Source: an uncultured virus (IMG/VR IMGVR_UViG_3300005083_000004) (taxonomy: Duplodnaviria; Heunggongvirae; Uroviricota; Caudoviricetes). From it: a stretch of DNA of 64,000 nt. Location: IMG/VR virus record IMGVR_UViG_3300005083_000004; one strand, written 5' to 3'. The stretch's first letter is position 1. Each line of letters opens with the position of its first letter. A program made the translations under genes and the position numbers. The notes below the pieces were generated by a model. That model had not been told where the DNA came from. It saw only the letters and a program-made list of their open reading frames with translations, and ran no database searches. Shown in pieces: positions 9,803-19,686 of the stretch.

Positions 9803-10507
9803 ATGATAAATTGTAATTGTAACACAGGTGATACAAGTAATCTTATTTGTATTCTTAAAGAAGATTTAAAGAGATATCATAAATTCCCTGATGGTCATTA
9901 TAATAATGATTATGATATTATTTTGCCAAGAACAACATTTGACCAAGTTAGAATCAGCCAAGATAAAACATCTGATACTTTAACTAAAGTAATTCATAGA
10001 TTAAGTTGTGCGGTCGAGAAGCGTCAATATGTTATTAATGAAGGAACAAATGATGATATATTAACTAAAACAGCGGTTAAAGGTCAACTTGATACTTTAT
10101 TAAAAGTTGATTCAGTTGAAAAAGACCCTGATAACCGTAGTTCTCGTAAAGTTCCAAGTGAAGTTGCAGTTGGTGAAATTTATGATATTGCTAAAGATTC
10201 CACAACAAAAGCAACTGAAGCTCTTGATATTCTTATAACCGATGATACAAGAATTTCAAGTCTCGAAACTAAATCTGCAAATGATGATGTAAGAATTTCG
10301 ACTCTTGAAATTAAATCTGCTAATGATAATGCAAGGATAGCTCTTCTTGAAACTAGAGTTTCTAATCTTGAATCTCAAGTCGCAATATTAACTGCCGCAA
10401 TTGACTCAATCAATACAACTTTGGGGACTGGTAGTAATACTGATGATGGCACTACAGATGGCACAGATGATACTACTACCGAAGGTGAAGGTACTTGCCC
10501 ATGTTAA
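9803..10507 (+). CDS. Fibre/structural-type protein, paralogue 2 of 3
   Basis: DYDIILPRTTFDQV...RSSRKVPSEVAVG; RISxLE heptad repeats. Confidence 0.6.
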   Translation: MINCNCNTGDTSNLICILKEDLKRYHKFPDGHYNNDYDIILPRTTFDQVRISQDKTSDTLTKVIHRLSCAVEKRQYVINEGTNDDILTKTAVKGQLDTLLKVDSVEKDPDNRSSRKVPSEVAVGEIYDIAKDSTTKATEALDILITDDTRISSLETKSANDDVRISTLEIKSANDNARIALLETRVSNLESQVAILTAAIDSINTTLGTGSNTDDGTTDGTDDTTTEGEGTCPC

Positions 10508-11655
10508 GTAATTATATGGATTATGAATACAACATAGATGATCATCTTGTTAGTATCATTAAAGAAGATCTAACAAGATATCATAAATATCCTGACGGTA
10601 CTTATAGTACAGATTATGATATTATTTTACCAAGAACAACATTTGACCAAGTTAGAGTTAATGCAAGTAAATCTTCTAATAATTTAAGTACTATAATTCA
10701 TGATTTAAATTGTGCAGTCGAGAAGCGTCAATATATTATAGGTGAAGGTTCACCTGATGATATATTAACTAAATCAAAATTTAAAGGTCAACTTGATACT
10801 TTGTTAAAAGTTAATGTTGTTGCTGAAGATCCAAGTGAACGTAGTTCTCGGAGAATTCCAAGTGAACTTGCAGTTGGAGATATTTATGATATTGCTAAAG
10901 ATGCGGTGATGAAGGCATCTCATGCTCTCAATGCACTTGTAAATGATAACAATAGAATTGAATCATTAGAAACTAATATTTTTGATATAATAAAATCTCA
11001 AGATAATAAAAAATTCGGTTATATAGCTACTGAAGGGATTGATAATAAAACAGTTAAAATTGCTAAATATGATGTTAATACTCATGGTAAAAAACAAGTT
11101 TATAGTTTGATACTTAAGGGTGATAAATACGTTACATTCAAATGTGGTGATCATAAGCATAATCCAGAATTAACAATAGATGTTAATCTTTCAAGCAGAA
11201 TTAATAAAAATACTTTTGCTAGTACAAATGATCTTGTATTAGGTGATATGACAATTACTCCTAATACAGATGAAAATGGTATAGCAACTATTACTAAAGT
11301 AGCAACAAATGTGAAAGGGGATCATAATAAAGATACAACATCATTTGTTAAGATTGTATCTGAAGATGGCACTATTACTGGAACATTATGTGAAGTTGGT
11401 GTTGATCAATATAAGTTTAATCTTATATCAACGAATCCAAAGAAGAAAAGTATAACATTTAGTAATCCTGGATCTGATGGATATTTTGAGTTTAATCATG
11501 GTCTTGGAACTAGTGATGTTGTTGTTAGTATTCGTAATATAGATACAAATCAAATTGAACAGTTTGATACTGTTATTACATCTGATAATGTTGTTTCATT
11601 AATTAATATTGATTCATCTGTTACAGGAAATTATCGTATAACTGTTATTGGATAA
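10501..11655 (+). CDS. Fibre/structural-type protein, paralogue 3 of 3 (ORF track start 10495)
   Basis: N-terminal ~150 aa highly similar to 9803 protein; C-terminal FNHGLGT..V.V...YRITVIG fibre-tip-like domain. Confidence 0.6.
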   Translation: MLSNYMDYEYNIDDHLVSIIKEDLTRYHKYPDGTYSTDYDIILPRTTFDQVRVNASKSSNNLSTIIHDLNCAVEKRQYIIGEGSPDDILTKSKFKGQLDTLLKVNVVAEDPSERSSRRIPSELAVGDIYDIAKDAVMKASHALNALVNDNNRIESLETNIFDIIKSQDNKKFGYIATEGIDNKTVKIAKYDVNTHGKKQVYSLILKGDKYVTFKCGDHKHNPELTIDVNLSSRINKNTFASTNDLVLGDMTITPNTDENGIATITKVATNVKGDHNKDTTSFVKIVSEDGTITGTLCEVGVDQYKFNLISTNPKKKSITFSNPGSDGYFEFNHGLGTSDVVVSIRNIDTNQIEQFDTVITSDNVVSLINIDSSVTGNYRITVIG

Positions 11656-11691
11656 ATATATTCCTCGTTTAGTTTGTTTAATTATCAACTA

Positions 11692-11721
11692 AAAATGAAG
11701 GAGATTACTCTCCTTCATTTT
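11692..11721. terminator. Intrinsic terminator
   Basis: aaaatgaaggaga-ttac-tctccttcatttt. Confidence 0.75.
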
Positions 11722-11813
11722 ATTATTTTAAGCAATTGATTTTCTCAGGATGATCATGTATTCATTGGGAATTATTGTTACCAAGAACGAAATGCATGGT
11801 AATTATTAAAAAA

Positions 11814-11842
11814 TGGGAAGTCGAAAGACTTCCTTTTTTTTT
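11814..11842 (+). terminator. Intrinsic terminator with GAAA tetraloop
   Basis: ggaagtc-gaaa-gacttcc followed by T-tract. Confidence 0.75.
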
Positions 11843-11886
11843 AATTTATTTTTTGATTTTCAATATTAGTATATAATTAAAAAAAA

Positions 11887-13728
11887 TTAATAATATCTAG
11901 CTATCCATTGTGATAGTGTTTCTCCAGTTGATTTATAATGACCTCTGGTATCACCTGTTGTAAATGATAAATACATATCGATTTTAGGCATCATTTCAAT
12001 TACTTTTATATCATTATCATATGTTGCTAATGTATTTTGGTCAATTTTAGAATTTGGATTAGTATTTTGATAAAATCGAATATCAACAAATGGAGGTCCA
12101 ACAAATCGTTTTATACCAGTTGCCATAGTTTTAGTATCTGCGTTAAATGCATTATTAATATCTGCTGTCACATTAGATAATTTATTAAATGCTATTAAGT
12201 CCCTCAGATCATTATCTCTAAATCCTTGATGCTTAAATGTTACATCTGTTAGAATTCTTGTATCTAATATATCTGAATCAACATTTTTTGCTAATATACT
12301 TGATCCATCTGAAATTGGAAATACCCCAAAATATTTTCTATGTGATAAAATTCTTCCAGAAGTTGTATCAGTCCAGAATATATAAATTGATGCTGCATAA
12401 TCTAATATATCAAACAATATCGGGTTGTTAAATTTGGTAAACCCACCACCACTATCAACATCAATACATGGCCAATGATTTCCAACATATGTATGATGCA
12501 TATATAATATCCACAATTGTAATATTTTCATTGTCTCAAATCCTGCTGTTTCTCTAAATTGAATATTTAAATCTCCACCATCTCTATTCATTTTTTTACT
12601 ATAGAAAACATTTATACCATCATAGTTTTTTAATGAAGCTCTTGTATCTATTGTATTTCCTTGATTAACAAATCCTATTGCTTGATTTGATAAATATAAA
12701 TTAATATTTGTCGAGTCTTTAGATCGTCCCATATCAATTAATGATCTTCCAACTTGAGGATGAGACAATAATATATTTTTCATTTCTGATAAATATGGAT
12801 TATTCATTATATTTGAATGAATTTTCAATATTGATGTATCATTGGTTGTACTAATTCTTTCATATAAATACAAATCGGGTTTAGTTATAAATATATGATA
12901 CTTTGCATTTCTTAATGCAGTATCCAATATAGCTTTCTTAGTATAATTATAAAAATAATACTCAAATGCTTTTGCCATTTTTTCAGTTTTCAATAATGGA
13001 TCTAATCCCATCTCATATCTAATTTGCGATATTGTTTTACCTCCAATTGGAAGTATTCTATCATCATTCCAATCGGGTTGATGATAATTACTTACTGATT
13101 TCGAATCATCGCCCCATTGTCTAACTTTTTTATTATATTCATAATTATAATTTTGACTATCATTAACATGTGGAAGCCACATTCCAGCTCCTCTTGCATT
13201 CGCATCGTGATAATAACCTATACCTTCATTAATGTTCTTATCAAATGTAATATGATTCATTTTAACATCATTAGCAACACCAATTCGATATTTTGATTCT
13301 TTGGTATCATATATTAATGTTAAACCAATATTTCTCATAGCGTCATATGTTTCACGACTTAAATATTTTGTATTACCGGAAACACCATCATTTTTTGATA
13401 ATATTGTTGTATCATCACTAAATTTAATTGTTTTCCAAGATATATTTTTAACAGGAGCTCGATAAATACTTGAAGTAGATTCAGTTTGTTGAAATGTAGG
13501 TGTTTGAGATGTATTATAACTTTTTTGTGTTTGTTGTTGTCCTGTACTATAATTATTACCTGATTCAAATTGATTATCAAGATCTTCAGATATTAAAGTT
13601 TTTCGAGATTGAAAATATGAATTTGCATTTGTGATTATTTTAGATGCATCTGCAGGTGATAATGTATTTGTATTTGCAACGATTTGTTTAGGTCCTACAA
13701 AATCTTCAGGATAATATGTTGTATCCAT
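11887..13728 (-). CDS. Virion structural protein (baseplate/tail-tube-like)
   Basis: IFITKPDL, DYAASIYIF, KYFGVFP patterns recalled from jumbo-phage tail proteins; preceded by late-type motif. Confidence 0.45.
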   Translation of the reverse strand: MDTTYYPEDFVGPKQIVANTNTLSPADASKIITNANSYFQSRKTLISEDLDNQFESGNNYSTGQQQTQKSYNTSQTPTFQQTESTSSIYRAPVKNISWKTIKFSDDTTILSKNDGVSGNTKYLSRETYDAMRNIGLTLIYDTKESKYRIGVANDVKMNHITFDKNINEGIGYYHDANARGAGMWLPHVNDSQNYNYEYNKKVRQWGDDSKSVSNYHQPDWNDDRILPIGGKTISQIRYEMGLDPLLKTEKMAKAFEYYFYNYTKKAILDTALRNAKYHIFITKPDLYLYERISTTNDTSILKIHSNIMNNPYLSEMKNILLSHPQVGRSLIDMGRSKDSTNINLYLSNQAIGFVNQGNTIDTRASLKNYDGINVFYSKKMNRDGGDLNIQFRETAGFETMKILQLWILYMHHTYVGNHWPCIDVDSGGGFTKFNNPILFDILDYAASIYIFWTDTTSGRILSHRKYFGVFPISDGSSILAKNVDSDILDTRILTDVTFKHQGFRDNDLRDLIAFNKLSNVTADINNAFNADTKTMATGIKRFVGPPFVDIRFYQNTNPNSKIDQNTLATYDNDIKVIEMMPKIDMYLSFTTGDTRGHYKSTGETLSQWIARYY

Positions 13729-13865
13729 TATCTATTAATCTCCTTTATTTTAAAAAATGTTATCTGAAAAGTTTTTAATAATAATTAAATAAATTTTATT
13801 AAAAAATTATTAATTATATATAATATACTTGATATTTATAAATAAATATAGGAGAAATTAAATAT

Positions 13866-14687
13866 ATGATACAAACAAAAAGATTTCATAGTCTGATTAA
13901 TGAAATTTATTCAGATTCTTTTAAAAGAGATTTGATAGATTTTTCTAATGATACAATTATTGATTCCATGATAAAACAAGATCAACTTTTTCAATTATTT
14001 AGAACACATAATATTGATGCAATTCCGTTAGGAGCCGGAACTAATCGAATTGGGGTAAAGATAGGTAATTATTGTCATAAATTTGCATATAATATTGAAG
14101 GATATGTTGATAGCCAAAGGGAATTTGCCATATGCCCAAGTATCTTGAAATATGGTGATGATGTTGTAAAAATACATGAAATAACTATTGATGGAAGTAT
14201 TGAAATCTGTGAATATATTCAATCATTTTCTTCACTAAGTGAAATGTCTCAATATCAAGAAGAGATAATCAATATTCTTCGAAAATGGGGTAATAAATAT
14301 TTAATTGGTGATATCGGATTAACCGCTAAGAATTGTCGGAATTGGGGTATTACTTTAACTGGTAAGGTCAAATGTTTAGATTTCGCATATTTCTTTTTAT
14401 GTGATATAAAAGTATTTAAATGTTTTAAATGTGGAGCGAGTATGCAATATAATAATATATTCACGGAATTAGAATGCCCAAGATGTTCAAATAAAGAATC
14501 TTTTGATTCATTAAGGAAATTAATTGATGTTGATAATATCGATTATAACAAAATGATTCAACAAGTTGGTTATAAAATGAACTCAAATTTTGAGAATCAT
14601 GAAATTAAAGATAAATCATTATATCCAAATGATTTATATGATCCAAAAGAGTTTGAAAAATTAATTGAGGAGAGTTATAAATTATGA
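13866..14687 (+). CDS. Protein-kinase-like protein with C-terminal Zn ribbon
   Basis: LGAGTNR G-loop, HK..E, GDIG....NWG catalytic-loop-like segment, LDFAY, then CFKC/CPRC. Confidence 0.65.
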   Translation: MIQTKRFHSLINEIYSDSFKRDLIDFSNDTIIDSMIKQDQLFQLFRTHNIDAIPLGAGTNRIGVKIGNYCHKFAYNIEGYVDSQREFAICPSILKYGDDVVKIHEITIDGSIEICEYIQSFSSLSEMSQYQEEIINILRKWGNKYLIGDIGLTAKNCRNWGITLTGKVKCLDFAYFFLCDIKVFKCFKCGASMQYNNIFTELECPRCSNKESFDSLRKLIDVDNIDYNKMIQQVGYKMNSNFENHEIKDKSLYPNDLYDPKEFEKLIEESYKL

Positions 14688-15400
14688 TATATGCAATTAG
14701 ACAAGATGTATTAATATATCGAGTTTCAGAATTTCTATATCCTGAAGAACTTCAATCATTTAAATATTTTAGTATTGATACTAAAATTGGAAGCTCTTCT
14801 GGTTTTAGTTTAAATAATGTTTTTAATGATTCATATGATTCTATAAAAATATATAATAGAAAATCAATAATTTCATATAGTCAAATATATCCTCAACAAG
14901 CAATTATTATGTATGAATTTGATCATGATGAAAATAAATTTAGAAAAAATTGTTATAGTATTTGGGGAGCTCAATATCGATTTATAACTGATTTGATTGA
15001 ATGTTCTGTGTTAAAATATAATATTTTTATAATATATACCAATAGTAAAATTAATGATATGATAATTGAATATTTGATAGATTTTATATATCAGGAATCT
15101 GGTCTTTCAATTTATAACTTAACAGAATTAATGTTAAAAGGAAAATATGATTTTTGTGATAATGATATACCTAAAATGTATAAGACATTCAAAAAATTAA
15201 GAGATAAAAATAATTCATTATCGTTAATAAATTTAGTAAATTCAGCTGGAATGAATTCAAATATATCATATAAATTATTAGAAAAATTAAATGATAATGA
15301 ATTATTCAATTTCTTAAAAAATAAATATAATTATAATGGTAAAAAAGATCGTCAGAATATGAATGAATATTATATAAATTTTGTTGTTGATCAAATGTGA
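14684..15400 (+). CDS. Hypothetical protein
   Basis: GAGGAG SD, overlaps kinase stop. Confidence 0.6.
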   Translation: MIYAIRQDVLIYRVSEFLYPEELQSFKYFSIDTKIGSSSGFSLNNVFNDSYDSIKIYNRKSIISYSQIYPQQAIIMYEFDHDENKFRKNCYSIWGAQYRFITDLIECSVLKYNIFIIYTNSKINDMIIEYLIDFIYQESGLSIYNLTELMLKGKYDFCDNDIPKMYKTFKKLRDKNNSLSLINLVNSAGMNSNISYKLLEKLNDNELFNFLKNKYNYNGKKDRQNMNEYYINFVVDQM

Positions 15401-15414
15401 ATAATTAAATAATT

Positions 15415-15446
15415 AAACTAGTACCGATTATAATCGGTACTAGTTT
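15415..15446. terminator. Perfect 32-bp palindrome/terminator
   Basis: aaactagtaccgatta|taatcggtactagttt followed by Ts. Confidence 0.7.
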
Positions 15447-15511
15447 TTTAAAATTGTTATATTACTAAAAAAATAACAAAAATTAAAAAATATTTTTTAA
15501 GAGGAAATAAT

Positions 15512-18073
15512 ATGATTAAAGTTATTAAACGAACAAAAGAAATTGTACTATTTAACCCAGAAAAAATTATTAATGCGATCGCAAAAGCATTCAATAGTTT
15601 AAATATCCCAGATAGTGAGCGTCCAACAATAATAGTTAATGAATTTCAATCAGATCCATATTGTCAAATTCAGTTATATAAAAATTCAATTGAAAATATT
15701 AAATGTATTAATATACCATTTGAATATATTGATGATACAGGTTATATTTATTTAGATATTGAAAGTATTCAAGATAGTGTTGAAGATTTATTATTACAAT
15801 ATGATTATAAAATCGGAAAAGAGTATATAAAATATCGATTTAAGAGACAATTAGCTCGTGAATCGAATAAGACATTAATGAATAAGATTCATGAAATGAG
15901 TGTAGCAAAAGATTATTCAAATACAGATAATCTTAATGGAAATATTTCAGATATATATACAATGGGATGGATGTTAAATGTTGGATCTTTGACTTCAAAA
16001 CAATATTTTCTTAATACAATAAAAAAGGAATATTCACAAGCTCATTTGGATGGAAAATTTCATATTCATGATTTAGATTTTTATTCTATGACTACGACAT
16101 GTTGTCTAATAGATATTGAACGATTATTAAAATCTAGATCAACTGATGAAGAATTAGAAAAATATTTCCAATCAATGTTAATAAAATATAAAGATGATCC
16201 ATTGATGGTTGAGAAAGCTGGAAAAGATACTGAGATATATGAACGAAAAAATTCTGGATTTTATACAGGGCATGGAACAATACGCCCAGCAAAATCATTA
16301 CGAACTGCAATGATGTTAACATGTATAATTTTTCAATCCAACCAAAATGATCAATATGGAGGACAAGGAATTCCGGCTATAGACTGGATGCTTGCTGATT
16401 TTGTAAAAGATGATTTTATATCATTATTAAAAGATGAATTGGCATCTTATTTAATATATGGAACAGATATTAAAGGTAATATGATTGGTGATGCAATTAA
16501 TCAAATCAATTTTGATGATTTAGATGTATTGAAACATTATAGGAATTATTCTGAAACAGAAATAATATCAAATATTATCACAGTAATTAAGGAAACATTA
16601 CAAAAATATATTAATGATTATATTGAAAACTTGGCGCTTGAGATAATAATTGATTCGGTTTTATATAAATTGGATAATAATATAAAACAATCATGTGAAG
16701 GGTTCGTTCATAATCTTTGCACTATGAATTCAAGAGCAGGTTCGCAGGTACCATTCACATCAATTAATTATGGAACTGATACATCTTTCTTTGGTAGAAA
16801 AATAATAAAAGGTTTATTGAATGCATGTATTGCAGGAATTGGGTATGGTGAAACAGCAATATTTCCAATTCAAATATTTAAGGTAAAAAAAGGAGTGAAT
16901 AGTGAAAAAGAAGATCCAAATTATGATCTATTTAAATTGGCATTATATAGTACAGGAAAAAGATTATTTCCAAATTATGTATTTTTAGATGCTCCATTTA
17001 ATCTTCAATATTATAAAAAGAATAATCCTAGAACTGAAATTGCATCTATGGGATGTCGTACTCGTGTAGCTTCAAATGTTAATGGTGAAGAAACCCCATA
17101 TGGAAGAGGAAACTTATCTTTCATCACATTAAATTTACCTCAATATGCAATAGAGTCATTATCAGCGTCTCAACCATTAAACAAATTTTATGAGATACTA
17201 GATCAATACTTAAAATTAGCAGCAAGACAATTAATAGATAGACTATTTGAACAAGGTCAACGTAAGAAAATAAATTATCCAATGTTAATGGGAAATGGTG
17301 TTTGGATGGATTCAGATAAATTAAAAAATGATGATAATGTATATGAAGTTTTAAAACATGGAACATTATCTATTGGATTTATTGGATTAGCAGAAACGTT
17401 ATGGATTTTAACAGGTAAACATCATGGAGAATCAGATGATTCACAAAAATTAGGATTAGAAATTATCAAAAGAATTAGAGATTTTTGTGATAATAAAACA
17501 AAAGAAAAATCATTAAATTTCTCATGTTTCTCAACTCCAGCTGAGTCAACATGTTATCGTTTATATAATATCGATAGAAAGAAATTTGGGAATGTTATAT
17601 TACCAAACGGAAGACCTTTATATGAAGAAGGAAATCCAATGACACATGGTTATTATACTAATTCAAATCATATTCCTGTATGGTATAAAATATCAATAAA
17701 AAATAAAATTGATATAGAAGCTCCATATCATGTATTAACAAATGCAGGAAATATTTGTTATGTTGAAATTGATGGTGATGCATCACAAAACATTGATGCA
17801 TTAGAAAAGATAATAAAATATATGCAATATGCTGGTATTGGATATGGATCTATAAATGTTCCAGTAGATTATCATTACAGATGTGGATATACAGGATTAA
17901 TTAATTTAGAATGCCCACATTGTGGAGATCGCTTCGATGAATATTATAACAACGATGTTAAAAGGATTCGTCGAATTACAGGATATTTAGTTCAATCATT
18001 AGATCGATTTAATGATGGAAAAAAATTAGAAGAAAAGGATCGTATAAAACATAATAAAGTTAAAAATAGTTAA
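15512..18073 (+). CDS. nrdD: Anaerobic (class III) ribonucleoside-triphosphate reductase
   Basis: ATP cone VIKR..FN.EKI, HIHDLD, QNDQYGGQ, SRAGSQVPF, MGCRT, GRGNLSF, TPAES, YYTNS.H, RRITGYL glycyl-radical motif. Confidence 0.97.
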   Translation: MIKVIKRTKEIVLFNPEKIINAIAKAFNSLNIPDSERPTIIVNEFQSDPYCQIQLYKNSIENIKCINIPFEYIDDTGYIYLDIESIQDSVEDLLLQYDYKIGKEYIKYRFKRQLARESNKTLMNKIHEMSVAKDYSNTDNLNGNISDIYTMGWMLNVGSLTSKQYFLNTIKKEYSQAHLDGKFHIHDLDFYSMTTTCCLIDIERLLKSRSTDEELEKYFQSMLIKYKDDPLMVEKAGKDTEIYERKNSGFYTGHGTIRPAKSLRTAMMLTCIIFQSNQNDQYGGQGIPAIDWMLADFVKDDFISLLKDELASYLIYGTDIKGNMIGDAINQINFDDLDVLKHYRNYSETEIISNIITVIKETLQKYINDYIENLALEIIIDSVLYKLDNNIKQSCEGFVHNLCTMNSRAGSQVPFTSINYGTDTSFFGRKIIKGLLNACIAGIGYGETAIFPIQIFKVKKGVNSEKEDPNYDLFKLALYSTGKRLFPNYVFLDAPFNLQYYKKNNPRTEIASMGCRTRVASNVNGEETPYGRGNLSFITLNLPQYAIESLSASQPLNKFYEILDQYLKLAARQLIDRLFEQGQRKKINYPMLMGNGVWMDSDKLKNDDNVYEVLKHGTLSIGFIGLAETLWILTGKHHGESDDSQKLGLEIIKRIRDFCDNKTKEKSLNFSCFSTPAESTCYRLYNIDRKKFGNVILPNGRPLYEEGNPMTHGYYTNSNHIPVWYKISIKNKIDIEAPYHVLTNAGNICYVEIDGDASQNIDALEKIIKYMQYAGIGYGSINVPVDYHYRCGYTGLINLECPHCGDRFDEYYNNDVKRIRRITGYLVQSLDRFNDGKKLEEKDRIKHNKVKNS

Positions 18074-18076
18074 GAT

Positions 18077-18111
18077 AAAAAAAGAAAGAGCTTTAAAGCT
18101 CTTTCTTTTTT
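18077..18111. terminator. Terminator after nrdD
   Basis: aaaaaagaaagagctt-ta-aagctctttctttttt. Confidence 0.8.
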
Positions 18112-18128
18112 GCATATTTGGAAATTTC

Positions 18129-18147
18129 AATTATATATTATATATAT
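18129..18147 (+). promoter_or_regulatory. Putative early promoter driving the ncRNA
   Basis: aattatatattatatatatgaata is identical to the element at 56600. Confidence 0.6.
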
Positions 18148-18406
18148 GAATACAAGAATGGAATAGTTGCAAAACTGTGTCCATTTATTACATACCTATC
18201 TGAAAAGTTATATCTAAAGTCGTGTAGATATAAAATGAGTAAGATTGATCTAACGTGCTGATTGTGACGGCGTTAGAAATAGGAAGAGGTTATAGTAATA
18301 AAAACTTTCGTCGATATAAAGTTGCTGATTGTGACGGGCTTTATATTTGATGGTTACATAAACAAAGTTTAAGTGTATTCCACGACAGGATCCCACCCCT
18401 GGCGGC
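18148..18406 (+). ncRNA. Novel multi-stem structured RNA with twin identical loops
   Basis: Nested complementary stems with G-U pairs, GCAA tetraloop, tgctgattgtgacgg twice in hairpin loops, no credible ORF, flanked by promoter motif and terminator. Confidence 0.7.
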
Positions 18407-18440
18407 AAAAAAAGAAGAGCCGATCACTCTTCTTTTTTTT
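18407..18440. terminator. Bidirectional terminator
   Basis: aaaaaaagaagag-ccgatca-ctcttctttttttt. Confidence 0.75.
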
Positions 18441-18453
18441 AATAATTTTTAGA

Positions 18454-18888
18454 TTATATTTTAAACTTACGACGTTTAATAAGTTTACGAGCAGCATTTG
18501 TTGCTGGTGCCGAATATTTCTTCATAATACGTTGTTTAAGTGTACGACCCAACTTTTTATTTTTTGCATATGCTGCAGCAAGAGGATCATTTCGACGTTT
18601 AGCTAAAATGATTGAACAAATGCCTACTAACTGATTTAAAATTGTTGTACGATCAAAACGTACAATATTCTTTTCAGTAAAAAAATCAGGATTCTCTTTA
18701 ATTAAATCATTTGCTACAGCATCAATTTCAGACCCTATATCATTTCGATCAATAATATTTTCAACTTCGTCAACTACATTTTCTATTTCATCAATTGCAG
18801 TAATATTATCATCAAATGTTTCATTGACGGATTCTTGATAATTTTCAACTGATCCAAGAATCCGATCTAATAAATTAACAAATCTCAT
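18454..18888 (-). CDS. Putative virion/head protein, acidic N-half and basic C-half
   Basis: AAGGAG SD; LAKRRNDPL..Y..K pattern. Confidence 0.5.
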   Translation of the reverse strand: MRFVNLLDRILGSVENYQESVNETFDDNITAIDEIENVVDEVENIIDRNDIGSEIDAVANDLIKENPDFFTEKNIVRFDRTTILNQLVGICSIILAKRRNDPLAAAYAKNKKLGRTLKQRIMKKYSAPATNAARKLIKRRKFKI

Positions 18889-18924
18889 ATTAAGAATCTC
18901 CTTTAAATTAATAAACTTATATAA

Positions 18925-19677
18925 TTATTTACGTGTTTTGTTCAGCAAAATTAAATAGTTATTATTTACCCATTTATTTATATTTGATTTACCTATCAAT
19001 GATTTATTTTTATTAATTTCATAAATTCTATAAGGTCTATTTAACATCCATTTATATACTATATTACCATCATCAAACGATCTTAAATCAGGATCTAATT
19101 TAACATAATCTCCTACTTTAAGATTATTTGTATTATATAAATTTACTTCACCTTTTGTTTCATCAAATTCAACATCGACATTTTCAAAATTTAAAAATGT
19201 ATATTTTTTAGCAAATGAAATTATTGGTGTAAGTATATTATTCTGAGTTTCATTATATTTTCCAATCAATCGATCATAATGTATTATATGATAATTATCT
19301 GGTAAAAATAAACCATTATTCTTATAAATAAATGATATTGATTCACTAATTAATTTATACAATGATTCAAATATTAAATTCTTATTTAATTCATATTTAG
19401 ATATTGCATATAATATATATATTGATTGACGATGTAATTGTGTATTCTCTACAATCTGATTATTCCATGATAATGATGTCGGTATGATACTAATATATGG
19501 ACATTCTTTATCATATGATAATAATTCCTGAACTTCACCATCTGAATCAATAGCTCGATGAGGATAATAATCACTTTTTTTCTCATTAGAAATTCCTAAT
19601 GTTCTCATCGTTAATTCAGTTTTAATATTATTGCAATCTTGGATGATAATAAAATTGTGTTTATTTGGAGTTATCAT
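18925..19677 (-). CDS. Degenerate amidase_2-like domain plus C-terminal SH3-like cell-wall-binding domain
   Basis: FIIIQD..YPHRAIDSDGEVQE resembles amidase 'IIIH..HY.I..DG.I'; LKVGDYVKL..W..Y.I. Confidence 0.4.
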   Translation of the reverse strand: MITPNKHNFIIIQDCNNIKTELTMRTLGISNEKKSDYYPHRAIDSDGEVQELLSYDKECPYISIIPTSLSWNNQIVENTQLHRQSIYILYAISKYELNKNLIFESLYKLISESISFIYKNNGLFLPDNYHIIHYDRLIGKYNETQNNILTPIISFAKKYTFLNFENVDVEFDETKGEVNLYNTNNLKVGDYVKLDPDLRSFDDGNIVYKWMLNRPYRIYEINKNKSLIGKSNINKWVNNNYLILLNKTRK

Positions 19678-19686
19678 ATTTTTCTC

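Noticed and set aside
18195..18283. Possible hammerhead ribozyme (CTGAAAAG...GAAA)
   Set aside because: Core is not CUGANGA and stem order does not fit
18249..18346. Mini-CRISPR array from the repeated 15-mer
   Set aside because: Only two short copies, sitting in hairpin loops; no repeat-spacer geometry and no cas genes
18373..18606. 77-aa + strand ORF in the track
   Set aside because: GTG start without SD, crosses a terminator and lies antisense to the 18888-18454 gene
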